From the IMG/VR virus record IMGVR_UViG_2870464427_000002: a stretch of DNA of 17,788 bases; one strand, written 5' to 3'. Position 1 is the first letter of the stretch, and each line of letters starts with the position of its first letter. Positions 8,694 through 17,213 of the stretch are shown in pieces. The stretch comes from a virus (Duplodnaviria; Heunggongvirae; Uroviricota; Caudoviricetes). The translations under genes were made by a program, and so were the position numbers. The notes beneath the pieces were generated by a model. That model made no database searches. It saw only the letters and a program-made list of their open reading frames with translations, and was not told the DNA's origin.

Positions 8694-11068
8694 TAGGCAT
8701 ACCCCCGGCGCTGCTGCTGCGCCATTACATCGTTAATCATTCTTTCCAGTTCGCGTTTACTCATCGTCAACACGTTCTGAATCTCTTTAGTGGTGTTTTG
8801 TCCGTTACCCTGCACGGTAATTTGTGGCGAAAAATTCACCTGAACTTTTCCTGAGGAACGGGAAGGTAGCGTCGCCGCTTTGGTTACGGATTTACCAGGT
8901 AAAGAGGCAGATACGGGTTTGGCGGCTGTATTTTTTGCCGCTGGCGCCGATGACGGCGTAGCCGTTTTGCCGGATGGCGCGAGTTGTTTGCCCACCGGCG
9001 GCGTTAAAATCGCACCGGCAACGCCTGGAACAACGGTCGCGGGGGAGACGGATGCGGTATTAGTCGTGCTTGTAATAGCTGTAGCCGATCCTTCTGTACT
9101 AATACCCATCGTGGTTTTTAGCCAGTCTGGGATGGCGTTTTTTACCTGATCAATAATGCCTTTCAGAGCGGGGAAGGCATTCATTATGCCGTCAACCAGA
9201 CTGCCCAGAAGATTGCTGCCGAACTCGCTAAAACTTGCAGGCATCTCGACACCAAACCAATTCATCACACTGGAAAAGGCGCTATAGAACAACTCCAGCG
9301 GTGACCAGTCGAGAATCAACCGACAAATTCCTGCAATGCCGCCGTCAAAGGCCGTGGTGATACGTTGCCAGATGGTCGAAAAGAACCTGGAGATAGGCTC
9401 CCAGTTGCGATAAATCAGATAAGCAGCGCCCGCAATCGCAGTGATGACCAGACCAATGGGATTCATCAGTAGCACCCGGCCTAGTGAGAGAACGGTCCGA
9501 CCAACCAGTTTCAATGTTCCAATCAGGCCACGACCAAGCAGTTGCGTTAGCCATTTTGCGCCGCCACCCAATGACTTAACCGCTGATAGCATCTTACTTG
9601 CCCCGCCTGTGAGCGCCAGACTTGCCTTGACTTTCAGGAAGATATCGACCAGACGAATAAACGGCGAGGTGATGAGGTTCGCGCCCAGCTTTAAAACATT
9701 CAGCGCACCGTTAAACAGCCAAATCGCCCCGACGATTTTCGCGATGTTTTGCACCAGTGTCGGGTGCTCACGTAGCCAGGCGCTGAACTGACGAATAACC
9801 GGCGTAAGGCTTTGTGCCAGCTCGCCAATCAGCGGCATTAATTGCAAGCCAATGCTGAGCCATAAATCATTTAACGCCAGCTGTAACGCTTTAGTCTGTT
9901 CAATGGGCGAGGCCATTTGCGCAGAAAAGTCGGCATCAATCAGATTCTTGCTGGTGGCTTGCATGGCAGAGGCTTTTAACTGGCGATATTCCTCCATATT
10001 CGCCAGCATAGGGGCCAGGAATTCCACTGTTTGCGCATCGCCGAACATTTCCCCCAGATTAAACTGCGTCACCATCGATTGCAGCGCATTGCTGCGGGCA
10101 GATAAATCTTCGATCTGCATGGTGCGTTTGAAGGTGTCGAGGATCGCCGGATTCATCTTCTCAAGCTGCATTTGCACGATATGAGTCATGGCTTCGCTAA
10201 CACCCATACCGTTTTGCTGATGCTCAAGCAGAGAGCCTTGCAGATCAACGCCCTGGCTGACGAACCAGTAATCGGTTTTTTTCGAAAAGGTGGTTTGCAG
10301 AAAGTGGTCGAAATTCTCCGCCGCCGCACTGGCGCTGGCCCCGTTTTTCATGGCGATCTGCATGGTGGCGGTCAGTTCAGCCATACCTTCCAGACCCTGA
10401 GCGCCGGTTTTACCTGCAAATTTCTCTATCCACTGCGTTTGTTCAGCAATGGCAGGCCCACCGCTTTTGCTAATGCCGTACATCATGTTTTGCGCGGCGT
10501 GGAAATTTTCCGGGGCAATATTCAGTCGATCATGGGTTGCGAGCGCGGCATTCGCCCATGTTTCAGCACTTTCGCGCGTGGCGGTGGCAGCTTTGGCGAT
10601 CTCCGGCATATAACGGTTGAGATCCTGTATCGACGACAAATTGCCTTCGATCAGCGTTTGGGCTGCGTTCTGTAAGGTGGTCTGCTGCTGGTTAAAATCC
10701 ATGCTCCAGTCGCGCAGATTAAGGCTGAGCGTCTCGCGGGTTGTAGCATTCATCCCACCTTTGGTCGCCATATTGACCATGTTGTCCTGAAACTCATACG
10801 GCAACTTCCAGTCGGGGGCTTCAACATTGAATACTTTGCTAAATTGCCCGGCAAATGTTTGGGTTTTCTCCATCAGATTAGCGCGGCTGCGGCTATTTTC
10901 CTCCAGGCGGAGAGCGGAATCGGCAAGCTGCTGCGTTAGTTTGATAACTGTCGCCTGCTGAGTAGAGAGAGTTAACAATGTTCTGGCGTTGAGTGAGCCG
11001 TAACGGGCTATTGCCTGCGTCAACGTCTCATTACGCGCCTGAAGCTGGGTAATAATATCGTTGGCCAA
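8693..11068 (-). CDS. tail tape measure protein
   Basis: 791 aa. Alpha-helical N-terminal region, central hydrophobic Gly-rich segments (LIGTLKLVGRTVLSLGRVLLMNPIGLVITAIAGAAYLIY), Ser/Thr/Pro-rich C-terminal region. Lies between the chaperone and baseplate genes. The track start is a TTG codon, so the exact start is uncertain. Confidence 0.85.
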   Translation of the reverse strand: MANDIITQLQARNETLTQAIARYGSLNARTLLTLSTQQATVIKLTQQLADSALRLEENSRSRANLMEKTQTFAGQFSKVFNVEAPDWKLPYEFQDNMVNMATKGGMNATTRETLSLNLRDWSMDFNQQQTTLQNAAQTLIEGNLSSIQDLNRYMPEIAKAATATRESAETWANAALATHDRLNIAPENFHAAQNMMYGISKSGGPAIAEQTQWIEKFAGKTGAQGLEGMAELTATMQIAMKNGASASAAAENFDHFLQTTFSKKTDYWFVSQGVDLQGSLLEHQQNGMGVSEAMTHIVQMQLEKMNPAILDTFKRTMQIEDLSARSNALQSMVTQFNLGEMFGDAQTVEFLAPMLANMEEYRQLKASAMQATSKNLIDADFSAQMASPIEQTKALQLALNDLWLSIGLQLMPLIGELAQSLTPVIRQFSAWLREHPTLVQNIAKIVGAIWLFNGALNVLKLGANLITSPFIRLVDIFLKVKASLALTGGASKMLSAVKSLGGGAKWLTQLLGRGLIGTLKLVGRTVLSLGRVLLMNPIGLVITAIAGAAYLIYRNWEPISRFFSTIWQRITTAFDGGIAGICRLILDWSPLELFYSAFSSVMNWFGVEMPASFSEFGSNLLGSLVDGIMNAFPALKGIIDQVKNAIPDWLKTTMGISTEGSATAITSTTNTASVSPATVVPGVAGAILTPPVGKQLAPSGKTATPSSAPAAKNTAAKPVSASLPGKSVTKAATLPSRSSGKVQVNFSPQITVQGNGQNTTKEIQNVLTMSKRELERMINDVMAQQQRRGYA

Positions 11069-11257
11069 AATTGTTTCTCTTTAAATATTGATAATGGCCC
11101 GCTGGTTATTTTTCTAAAAAAAGGGGCAGGGAAGAAATAAACCTGACGGGCTTGGGAAACTCGCAGACATCAGGTCTGCGAGTCATATTCGATTTTTATT
11201 TGGGCGCTGGCTTCATCCAGCCAGTTGCTAAAGTCATCGACGGTAAGGGCGTCTATC

Positions 11258-11575
11258 TCACTGGGTGGAAAGCGAAACCATCTCGCCAGTAACGCCATCG
11301 CTTGCCATAACAGTGGCGGATTCTGTAGCCACGCTAAGCATGGATTGAAATCGTTTCTGCAATGCCTGGTAATCCAGCAAATCCATTTCAGCTAAATCTT
11401 CTGGCACCAGTCCGGTCATTGCCGCCATTAGCGGTTCATCCCACTCTTCAGGTTTTTCGCTGATCCGGCGCGCGTTGCGCATATCTTTTACTTTCAGGCG
11501 ACGTAATTGCAGAGTGTTAATTACGTCTCCCGCCGCTGAAGTAAACGGGAACTGTAAGATATAATGTTCTTTCAT
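11258..11575 (-). CDS. tail assembly chaperone, P2 gpE family
   Basis: 105 aa, acidic, in the conserved position between tube and tape measure. An alternative frame stays open past its stop (see findings). Confidence 0.75.
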   Translation of the reverse strand: MKEHYILQFPFTSAAGDVINTLQLRRLKVKDMRNARRISEKPEEWDEPLMAAMTGLVPEDLAEMDLLDYQALQKRFQSMLSVATESATVMASDGVTGEMVSLSTQ

Positions 11576-11625
11576 TTTGTGTCCTTATTTATTTTGCAAA
11601 GTTCGGGGCCGTAGCCCCGAATAAC

Positions 11626-12150
11626 TTAGCCACCGATGTTATTGCGATAGGTACTTAATTGATCCACACCATTAACCCGGAAAATATTGGCCATATAATC
11701 AAGTTCAAGCAGCGTTTCACCATCAACTACTTGTTTAATATAAGTGCAACCAAAGGCGCTGCTGAATTCCGGGTTTTCATTCTGTTTAAATGTGCCCAGT
11801 GGATTCTTTTTAAACATCACGGTTAAATGTGTCACTAGCGCTAATTGATTCGCTTTCCCCTGGGAGTTATAGCAATCAATACTGGAGCGGCACTGTAATG
11901 CAACCGCCTGCCACGGGTTTGCCGTTTTACGCATTACGTCCTGATAGAAGGAGTTCCATTTAATTTCGCCCTCCAGTTTATCGAAACCCGCCGGGAGTTC
12001 GATTTTACCCACCATGCCCAGTGCTTTATGCTCCTGCATAATTAAACTGACATCCGGCAATTTAATTTCGGTTGCACGACCTAAAAGGTTATTACCATCG
12101 AGATAAATATTGGCGTTGGTAATACGGTTAATTTGAATTTTTCCAGCCAT
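11626..12150 (-). CDS. tail tube protein (P2 FII family)
   Basis: 174 aa. C-terminal ...VNGVDQLSTYRNNIGG closely matches the P2 FII C-terminus (VNGVD.L...R.NIG). Start overlaps the sheath stop by 1 nt. Confidence 0.85.
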   Translation of the reverse strand: MAGKIQINRITNANIYLDGNNLLGRATEIKLPDVSLIMQEHKALGMVGKIELPAGFDKLEGEIKWNSFYQDVMRKTANPWQAVALQCRSSIDCYNSQGKANQLALVTHLTVMFKKNPLGTFKQNENPEFSSAFGCTYIKQVVDGETLLELDYMANIFRVNGVDQLSTYRNNIGG

Positions 12151-13573
12151 TAGCTATTGCTCTCCAGAGAGACTAAATATTCAGAAGTAATTTCAGTTTC
12201 AAACGTCAGACGTTCCAGCGGCGGCGGCGGGGTGAATTTATAGCTCAGCAATAAATGCCCAGCGCTGAGTTCAGTCGGTGAATTTCGCGCCGGATCGTAC
12301 CAGCATTCAAAGCCAAGCAGTGCGCCGTCGGCAATCAGCTTACGGCCCCAGGTATTTACCGATTCGGTCAGGGCATCAATCAGCGCCTGATTAATCGGCA
12401 TATCAATATACTGCTGACTGAAATAACGGATTGACTCATTAATTACATCGCCTGTCCGGCGGACGTTTTCAAAGTTACGCATATGGGTCACGGTAGGCCA
12501 CGCTGCAGTGCGGTTGCCCCACAAGCGCAGACCAGAGCCGTAACTATTGAAAATAGTGGTAATGCCGTTTTCGTTTAGCTGATTCACTTCGCTTTGTGGA
12601 TCATCAATCATTGCGGAAAGCGAACGTTCAATACCGGTAATACCCTGAATTTCTTGGTTTGAGTTGCTCCACCAGAAACCTTTTTCGAGGTCTACTTTGG
12701 CACGTAGCCCGGCAGCGCGCGAAGAGAGCGGTTCGAGAACTTCCTGGTTAGTGATGCCATCGTAAACTTTGACGTGTGGGTAACATAAACGCGCACGATC
12801 AGAGCTGGTGTTGAAGTTGATAGCCCCTTGCGAACCGCGTCCTGCCAATACCTGCTGGAATGTCGTCCCAATCGGGGCATCAATGTAGGTAATCGCACCA
12901 AGTTTTTCCGCTTGTGCAATCAGCTCTGTAGTTACTGATTTTTGCGTACAGAACACGGGAGCAAGCAGGATTTTGGCGTAGAAACCATACAGGTTATAGG
13001 TGTCCTGTAGCAGTTTCATCCCCGTGCGGTCGCCTGCGGTATTTACGGTACCGATAATATCGGCTGCGGTGACCTTTGTAGGGTCGCACCAGGAATAATA
13101 GGCACAAACTTTCGCACCAGGAGGAATGTCGGCTCCTTTACGGGTAATTATGCCTGTTTGTTCATCTACGCTAAATGCTGCGGTGTTAAAGGTTGATGAA
13201 TTTGATGAAGAGGGCTTTAGTACCACGTTACGCACATTGCGGTGAGCGAGCTTCGCCTGGTTGTTAGCATCAAAAGTGATACTCTCATTGCTGATGTTGG
13301 AGCCATGTTTTGCCGGATCCAGCACGTTAATCACCACCACCGTACCGGCACCGTGGTCATAAATTGCCTTCAGTGCCTGTGGGATCGTAAAGTTAGCCTG
13401 AGTCGAGCCAAACTGCGCAGCATCGCTTTCAGAAAGGCATAATGTTGGTTTATTTACCGGACCGCAGGGGCTGTACCGATTAAAGCGATGACGGCGGATT
13501 TTACCGCTTTAACCGGACGCGGGCCGGTTTCAATTTCAATAGTTTCTACACCGTGCAGATAATTAGCTGCCAT
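12150..13573 (-). pseudogene. contractile tail sheath (P2 FI / Mu L family) interrupted by an apparent 1-nt frameshift near 13457-13468
   Basis: From ATG 13573 one frame encodes MAANYLHGVETIEIETGPRPVKAVKSAVIALIGTAPAVR then stops (TAA 13454-13456). The adjacent frame is open from 13508 and continues PVNKPTLCLSESDAAQFG...VVVINV... through the 396-aa track ORF, whose C-terminus (LRLWGNRTAAWPT...YKFTPPPPLERLTFE) is sheath-like. One extra G in mRNA GCGGTCCGG would join the two frames. Confidence 0.7.
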
Positions 13574-13760
13574 GTACAATTTCCTCTACGTTATTTTGTT
13601 CTTCCTGAGTGATGACAGGAGTCAGATGATTGCGGGCAATCATGGTCATGACCCACTCGTTGTCTTCTGGCAGATCAATTTCACTGTTCGGCCACAATAA
13701 GATTTCTTGTCCATCGGCAAGGGTGACGCCGCTTGCTGGGCCGTTGTAGATGTATTTCAT
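13563..13760 (-). CDS. small hypothetical protein upstream of sheath
   Basis: 65-aa ORF overlapping both neighbours. Its position recalls the small gene preceding the sheath gene in Mu-like tail modules. No motif recognised. Confidence 0.45.
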   Translation of the reverse strand: MKYIYNGPASGVTLADGQEILLWPNSEIDLPEDNEWVMTMIARNHLTPVITQEEQNNVEEIVHGS

Positions 13761-14212
13761 TCAGTTTCCTCGTAGTTAACTTCCGTAAGCAGGGGAAGAT
13801 CCGTGCTTTCCTGTTCAGCGATAAATAGCGAGCTGGTCGCCATTTCCAGGATGTAGCGGCAGAAACCGCCGCTCTCACCCGTATTAATTTCTTTTTCAAG
13901 CCAAAGAAGACGATCGCAATCAGGAAGCTGAAGGCCACCCAATGCGCTGCGTATGTGATCAAGTGCGTTTAATGCATCACAATTTTTGCCAACAATAACG
14001 GTGGCGGTTAAGCGGAGTATTTGCTGTTGCACGATGGCATTACTGCTTTCGGGCGTAGCAAAGACAGAACCGCTATAATTAATAATCACTGCAACTCGTT
14101 GTGTCTGTGGAATATATTTCTGGGCATCCTTAGATGAAATAAATATATCCATTTCGGAGTTGTGTTCACGTAATCTGGTCACAACAGAATTCATTACAGA
14201 TAAAATTTCCAT
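13757..14212 (-). CDS. hypothetical tail-associated protein (possible tail completion protein)
   Basis: 151-aa ORF with an AAGG ribosome-binding site upstream of ATG 14210-14212; first gene after the terminator. Function inferred from position only. Confidence 0.5.
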   Translation of the reverse strand: MEILSVMNSVVTRLREHNSEMDIFISSKDAQKYIPQTQRVAVIINYSGSVFATPESSNAIVQQQILRLTATVIVGKNCDALNALDHIRSALGGLQLPDCDRLLWLEKEINTGESGGFCRYILEMATSSLFIAEQESTDLPLLTEVNYEETE

Positions 14213-14317
14213 ATAGGCTGTACCTTAATTACCGCTCACTTCGTTATCGTTGAAATGTATTCTGAAGCAGCGAAGGTGAAGAATCTTTTAATGTGATTTA
14301 GAGAAAAAATTGAATGG

Positions 14318-14343
14318 TTAAAAAAATCCCCACCCTTACATAA
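14318..14343. terminator. strong bidirectional intrinsic terminator between the lysis cassette and the tail genes
   Basis: Perfect 11-bp stem TCCCCACCCTT / AAGGGTGGGGA with loop ACAT, flanked by A7 (14311-14317) and T5 (14344-14348). On the minus strand the hairpin is followed by a U7 tract. Confidence 0.6.
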
Positions 14344-14356
14344 GGGTGGGGATTTT

Positions 14357-14671
14357 TCAATAACTGCCACGTTGTAACAGCTCGATTTTGCTATATAAGG
14401 CATCCAGCTTCGCTTCTAATACTGCTTGCCCACGAAGATAATCTTCTCTGCGGACATAATGCAGCGGAAGCTCGGCACGAAATTCGAGAAATTCTCTTTC
14501 CAGTTTCGACCAACTTGTTTCTGATTCCCGGCGCGCGTTTTCCAGAGATTCAAAACGCTCATTAAGTCGTTTTTCAATTTGTGCTAACAGCAGTTTTCCG
14601 GCAGCAAACATTAATCCAACGAAGGAAAGCATAAGGGAGATCACTTCCCAAAAATCGATACTGAGTTTCAT
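14357..14671 (-). CDS. membrane-anchored coiled-coil protein, possible lysis accessory (spanin-like)
   Basis: 104 aa. N-terminal transmembrane helix (VISLMLSFVGLMFAAGKLLL) followed by a charged helical region. Last gene of the lysis block. Confidence 0.45.
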   Translation of the reverse strand: MKLSIDFWEVISLMLSFVGLMFAAGKLLLAQIEKRLNERFESLENARRESETSWSKLEREFLEFRAELPLHYVRREDYLRGQAVLEAKLDALYSKIELLQRGSY

Positions 14672-14683
14672 CGGCCCCTCTGA

Positions 14684-15289
14684 TTAATGAAGACAGCTTG
14701 CCTGTCCCCAGAGTAAATAGCGGGCGGCATGTTGATAGAGGATCATCTTTGGATAGCGACGATTTTCTCGCCAGTTCGTGGCGCTGCGCCCGGCGTTGAC
14801 TTGCTCAACATGACCAAACCAGCTAGTGGCATCTAACCCTTTGGATGCAGCCAGTTTTTTATCCCGGTTAACCCACCCCTGACCGCCGTTATAGGCGCTT
14901 AGGGTAAACGCCATACGCTGACAATCATTTTTCGCAGAGATGTTTTTCCACAAATGCTGGTCATATTGCACCAGCGCGCGAATCGCCCAGGTTGGGTTAT
15001 ACGGTTTGTTTTCACGCAATTGTGGATACAACTGGCTTATCCATGTCGCTGTAGCAGGCATAAATTGCGCCATACCTTGTGCGCCAACGGGGGAACGTAC
15101 CATTGGCTGCCAGGCGGACTCCTGGTGTAATTGCCCGGCAAAGTCGGCCACTGGGGCATTCAGCCCCCAGACTTCTCGAGCTGTACGAATTAGTTCGTTT
15201 CGCCATGCCAGAGAGGCTCTCGGCGGTTCAGAGGCGTTGAGTGGGAAAAGAACGAAAATAATCATAGACGCGATATATTTCAGCCACAT
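14684..15289 (-). CDS. lytic transglycosylase (SLT/GH23 domain) with N-terminal signal sequence; putative endolysin
   Basis: Start set at ATG 15287-15289 (MWLKYIASMIIFVLFPLNA...), 2 bp after the holin-like stop; the track's longer N-terminal extension is rejected. SLT motifs present: HQESAWQP, GAQGMAQFMPATA, AYNGG. Confidence 0.8.
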   Translation of the reverse strand: MWLKYIASMIIFVLFPLNASEPPRASLAWRNELIRTAREVWGLNAPVADFAGQLHQESAWQPMVRSPVGAQGMAQFMPATATWISQLYPQLRENKPYNPTWAIRALVQYDQHLWKNISAKNDCQRMAFTLSAYNGGQGWVNRDKKLAASKGLDATSWFGHVEQVNAGRSATNWRENRRYPKMILYQHAARYLLWGQASCLH

Positions 15290-15291
15290 CA

Positions 15292-15579
15292 CTATAGCCC
15301 TAACGCGACGGAAAGGCAGACGGCAGCAACGATGATAGCCCGGCGAATCATTGCCGCCGCGCAGCAACGCGGTTCCTTCCAGGGGCAAAAAGAGTCAGGC
15401 CGTGCCCAGGGGAACAAACTGCGATCGAGCCAGTATCCCAGCACCGCGGAAAGCGAAACCAGGCTTAGTTTATAAATGACGACCGGGATTTGTGCTGAAG
15501 AGGTCCAGCCGATCACGACAAACAGCGCGACGGAAGCGACCAGCCAACCGGAAAGCCGGGGAAGAGTGACTTTTTTCAT
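15292..15579 (-). CDS. small membrane protein, putative holin
   Basis: 95 aa with two to three predicted transmembrane segments. AGGAG ribosome-binding site 8 nt upstream of ATG 15577-15579. Immediately precedes the transglycosylase. Confidence 0.5.
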   Translation of the reverse strand: MKKVTLPRLSGWLVASVALFVVIGWTSSAQIPVVIYKLSLVSLSAVLGYWLDRSLFPWARPDSFCPWKEPRCCAAAMIRRAIIVAAVCLSVALGL

Positions 15580-15875
15580 ACGGTATCTCCTGATAAGTGA
15601 GCGTTTAGTGTCGCCAGAACCCGCCAGTGAAGAATGAAAAAAGCTTTAATAAATAAGTTTAAAAAATAGATTCTCTATAAATGAACATGCCCGCTAATAA
15701 ATCCACTCAGCAATTAAAGAGCAAAAGGTGACCTCGCGAATAAGCGCGTCATTATGCAGGGAAAAGATGATGGTGAATCGTAGGAATAGTCAGTAGTTAT
15801 TTGATTTTTAAAGTTTGTTTAAGAAAGTCAGCGACTGTGAGGGAAACGATCTTTTTACACTACAAGTAAAAATAA

Positions 15876-15889
15876 TACTGTATGTGTAT
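15876..15889. promoter_or_regulatory. left half of a LexA (SOS) box split by the insertion (TACTGT + duplicated spacer)
   Basis: Removing the insertion and one duplication copy gives TACTGTATGTGTATACAGTA, a perfect 20-bp palindrome with the CTGT-N8-ACAG architecture (18/20 to TACTGTATATATATACAGTA). Confidence 0.45.
15882..15889. repeat. target-site duplication, left copy (ATGTGTAT)
   Basis: Identical 8-mer directly abutting the left inverted repeat; second copy at 17206-17213. 8 bp is the duplication size expected for ISL3-family elements. Confidence 0.75.
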
Positions 15890-17205
15890 GGGTCTTCCCT
15901 TGTTGTGGTGGCTGAAGGCATGATAATGGTGTATTTAATCGCCAGAGGTCACCGCCATGGACGAAAAGTCCCTCTACGCTCATATTCTCAACCTGTCCGA
16001 TCCGTGGCAGGTAAAGTCCCTTTCTCTCGATGAAAATGCCGGTTCTGTTACTGTCACTATTGAGATCGCTGAAAACACCCGGCTAGCCTGTCCGACCTGC
16101 GGTAAATCCTGTTCTGTTCACGATCACCGTCATCGTAAATGGCGCCATCTTGATACCTGCCAGTTCACCACTATTGTTGAAGCCGATGTTCCACGAATTA
16201 TGTGTCCGGAGCATGGCTGCCTGACGTTGCCTGTTCCGTGGGCTGGCCCCGGAAGCCGGTATACGTTGCTATTCGAATCGTTCGTTCTCTCATGGCTGAA
16301 AATCAGCACCGTTGATGCTGTCAGGAAGCAACTTAAGCTCAGTTGGAATGCGGTTGACGGCATTATGACCCGGGCAGTTAAGCGAGGTCTTGCCCGGATA
16401 AAAAAGCCATTATCCGCCCGTCATATGAATGTGGATGAGGTCGCCTTTAAAAAAGGACATCGTTACATAACGGTGATCTCCGATCGCGATGGTCGGGCGC
16501 TGGCCTTAACGGATGATCGCGGCACAGAGAGTCTTGCCGGCTATCTTCGCACGCTCACTGATGGGCAGTTGCTGGCTATCAAAACGCTCTCAATGGACAT
16601 GAACGCGGGCTATATAAGAGCAGCGCGTATCCACTTACCCAGTGCGGTTGAGAAAATCGCCTTTGACCGCTTCCATGTGGCGAAGCAACTGGGCGAGGTA
16701 GTTGATAAAACCCGTCAGAATGAACATCCGCACCTCCCTGTTGAAAGCCGACACCAGGCAAAAGGAACCCGCTTCCTGTGGCAGTACAGCGATAAGTGGA
16801 TGACCGAATCCCGGCAGGAAAAGCTGATGTGGCTGCGTGCACAGATGAAGCTGACGAGCCAGTGCTGGGCGCTGAAAGAGCTGGCAAAGGATATCTGGAA
16901 CAGGCCATGGAGCGAGGAAAGACGGAGTGACTGGCAGAGATGGTTGGCGCTGGCGGCTAACAGTGACGTTCCCATGATGAAAAATGCCGCGAAAACGATA
17001 GGAAAAAGGCTGTACGGGATCCTGAATGCGATGCGACACAGTGTCTCAAACGGAAATGCGGAGGCACTTAACAGCAAGATCAGGCTGCTGAGGATAAAAG
17101 CCAGGGGATACCGAAACCGGGAGCGCTTTAAACTGGGGGTGATGTTCCACTACGGAAAGCTGAATATGGCGTTCTGAGCCTTCCCACCATGATCGGGGAA
17201 GACCC
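15890..17205 (+). mobile_element. ISL3-family insertion sequence, 1316 bp, apparently intact
   Basis: Terminal inverted repeats GGGTCTTCCC (15890-15899) and GGGAAGACCC (17196-17205), with further inner matches (TGGTGG). Flanked by 8-bp direct repeats ATGTGTAT. Carries a single transposase ORF. Confidence 0.8.
15957..17177 (+). CDS. ISL3-family transposase
   Basis: 406 aa. N-terminal zinc-ribbon CPTCGKSCSVHDHRHRKWRHLD and the MNVDEVAFKKGHRYITVISD block are characteristic of ISL3 transposases. Confidence 0.85.
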   Translation: MDEKSLYAHILNLSDPWQVKSLSLDENAGSVTVTIEIAENTRLACPTCGKSCSVHDHRHRKWRHLDTCQFTTIVEADVPRIMCPEHGCLTLPVPWAGPGSRYTLLFESFVLSWLKISTVDAVRKQLKLSWNAVDGIMTRAVKRGLARIKKPLSARHMNVDEVAFKKGHRYITVISDRDGRALALTDDRGTESLAGYLRTLTDGQLLAIKTLSMDMNAGYIRAARIHLPSAVEKIAFDRFHVAKQLGEVVDKTRQNEHPHLPVESRHQAKGTRFLWQYSDKWMTESRQEKLMWLRAQMKLTSQCWALKELAKDIWNRPWSEERRSDWQRWLALAANSDVPMMKNAAKTIGKRLYGILNAMRHSVSNGNAEALNSKIRLLRIKARGYRNRERFKLGVMFHYGKLNMAF

Positions 17206-17213
17206 ATGTGTAT
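17206..17213. repeat. target-site duplication, right copy (ATGTGTAT)
   Basis: Identical 8-mer directly abutting the right inverted repeat. Confidence 0.75.

Noticed and set aside
8880-10675. Several plus-strand ORFs (89-167 aa) inside the tape measure gene
   Set aside because: All are antisense to a continuous 791-aa tape measure ORF, with no recognisable motifs or ribosome-binding sites.
15290-15388. Longer 234-aa version of the transglycosylase ORF
   Set aside because: The extra N-terminal residues overlap the holin-like gene; the ATG at 15287-15289 gives a standard signal peptide and lies 2 bp after the upstream stop.
780-15579. Type VI secretion system or extracellular contractile injection system instead of a phage tail
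   Set aside because: The cluster has a tape measure, gpU, gpX, gpI, a fiber with Tfa chaperone and a lysis cassette, and I recognised no TssB/TssC-type sheath pair, ClpV-like ATPase or membrane-complex genes.
15815-16033. 72-aa plus-strand ORF
   Set aside because: It spans the left boundary of the insertion sequence and overlaps the transposase start, so it is a junction artefact.
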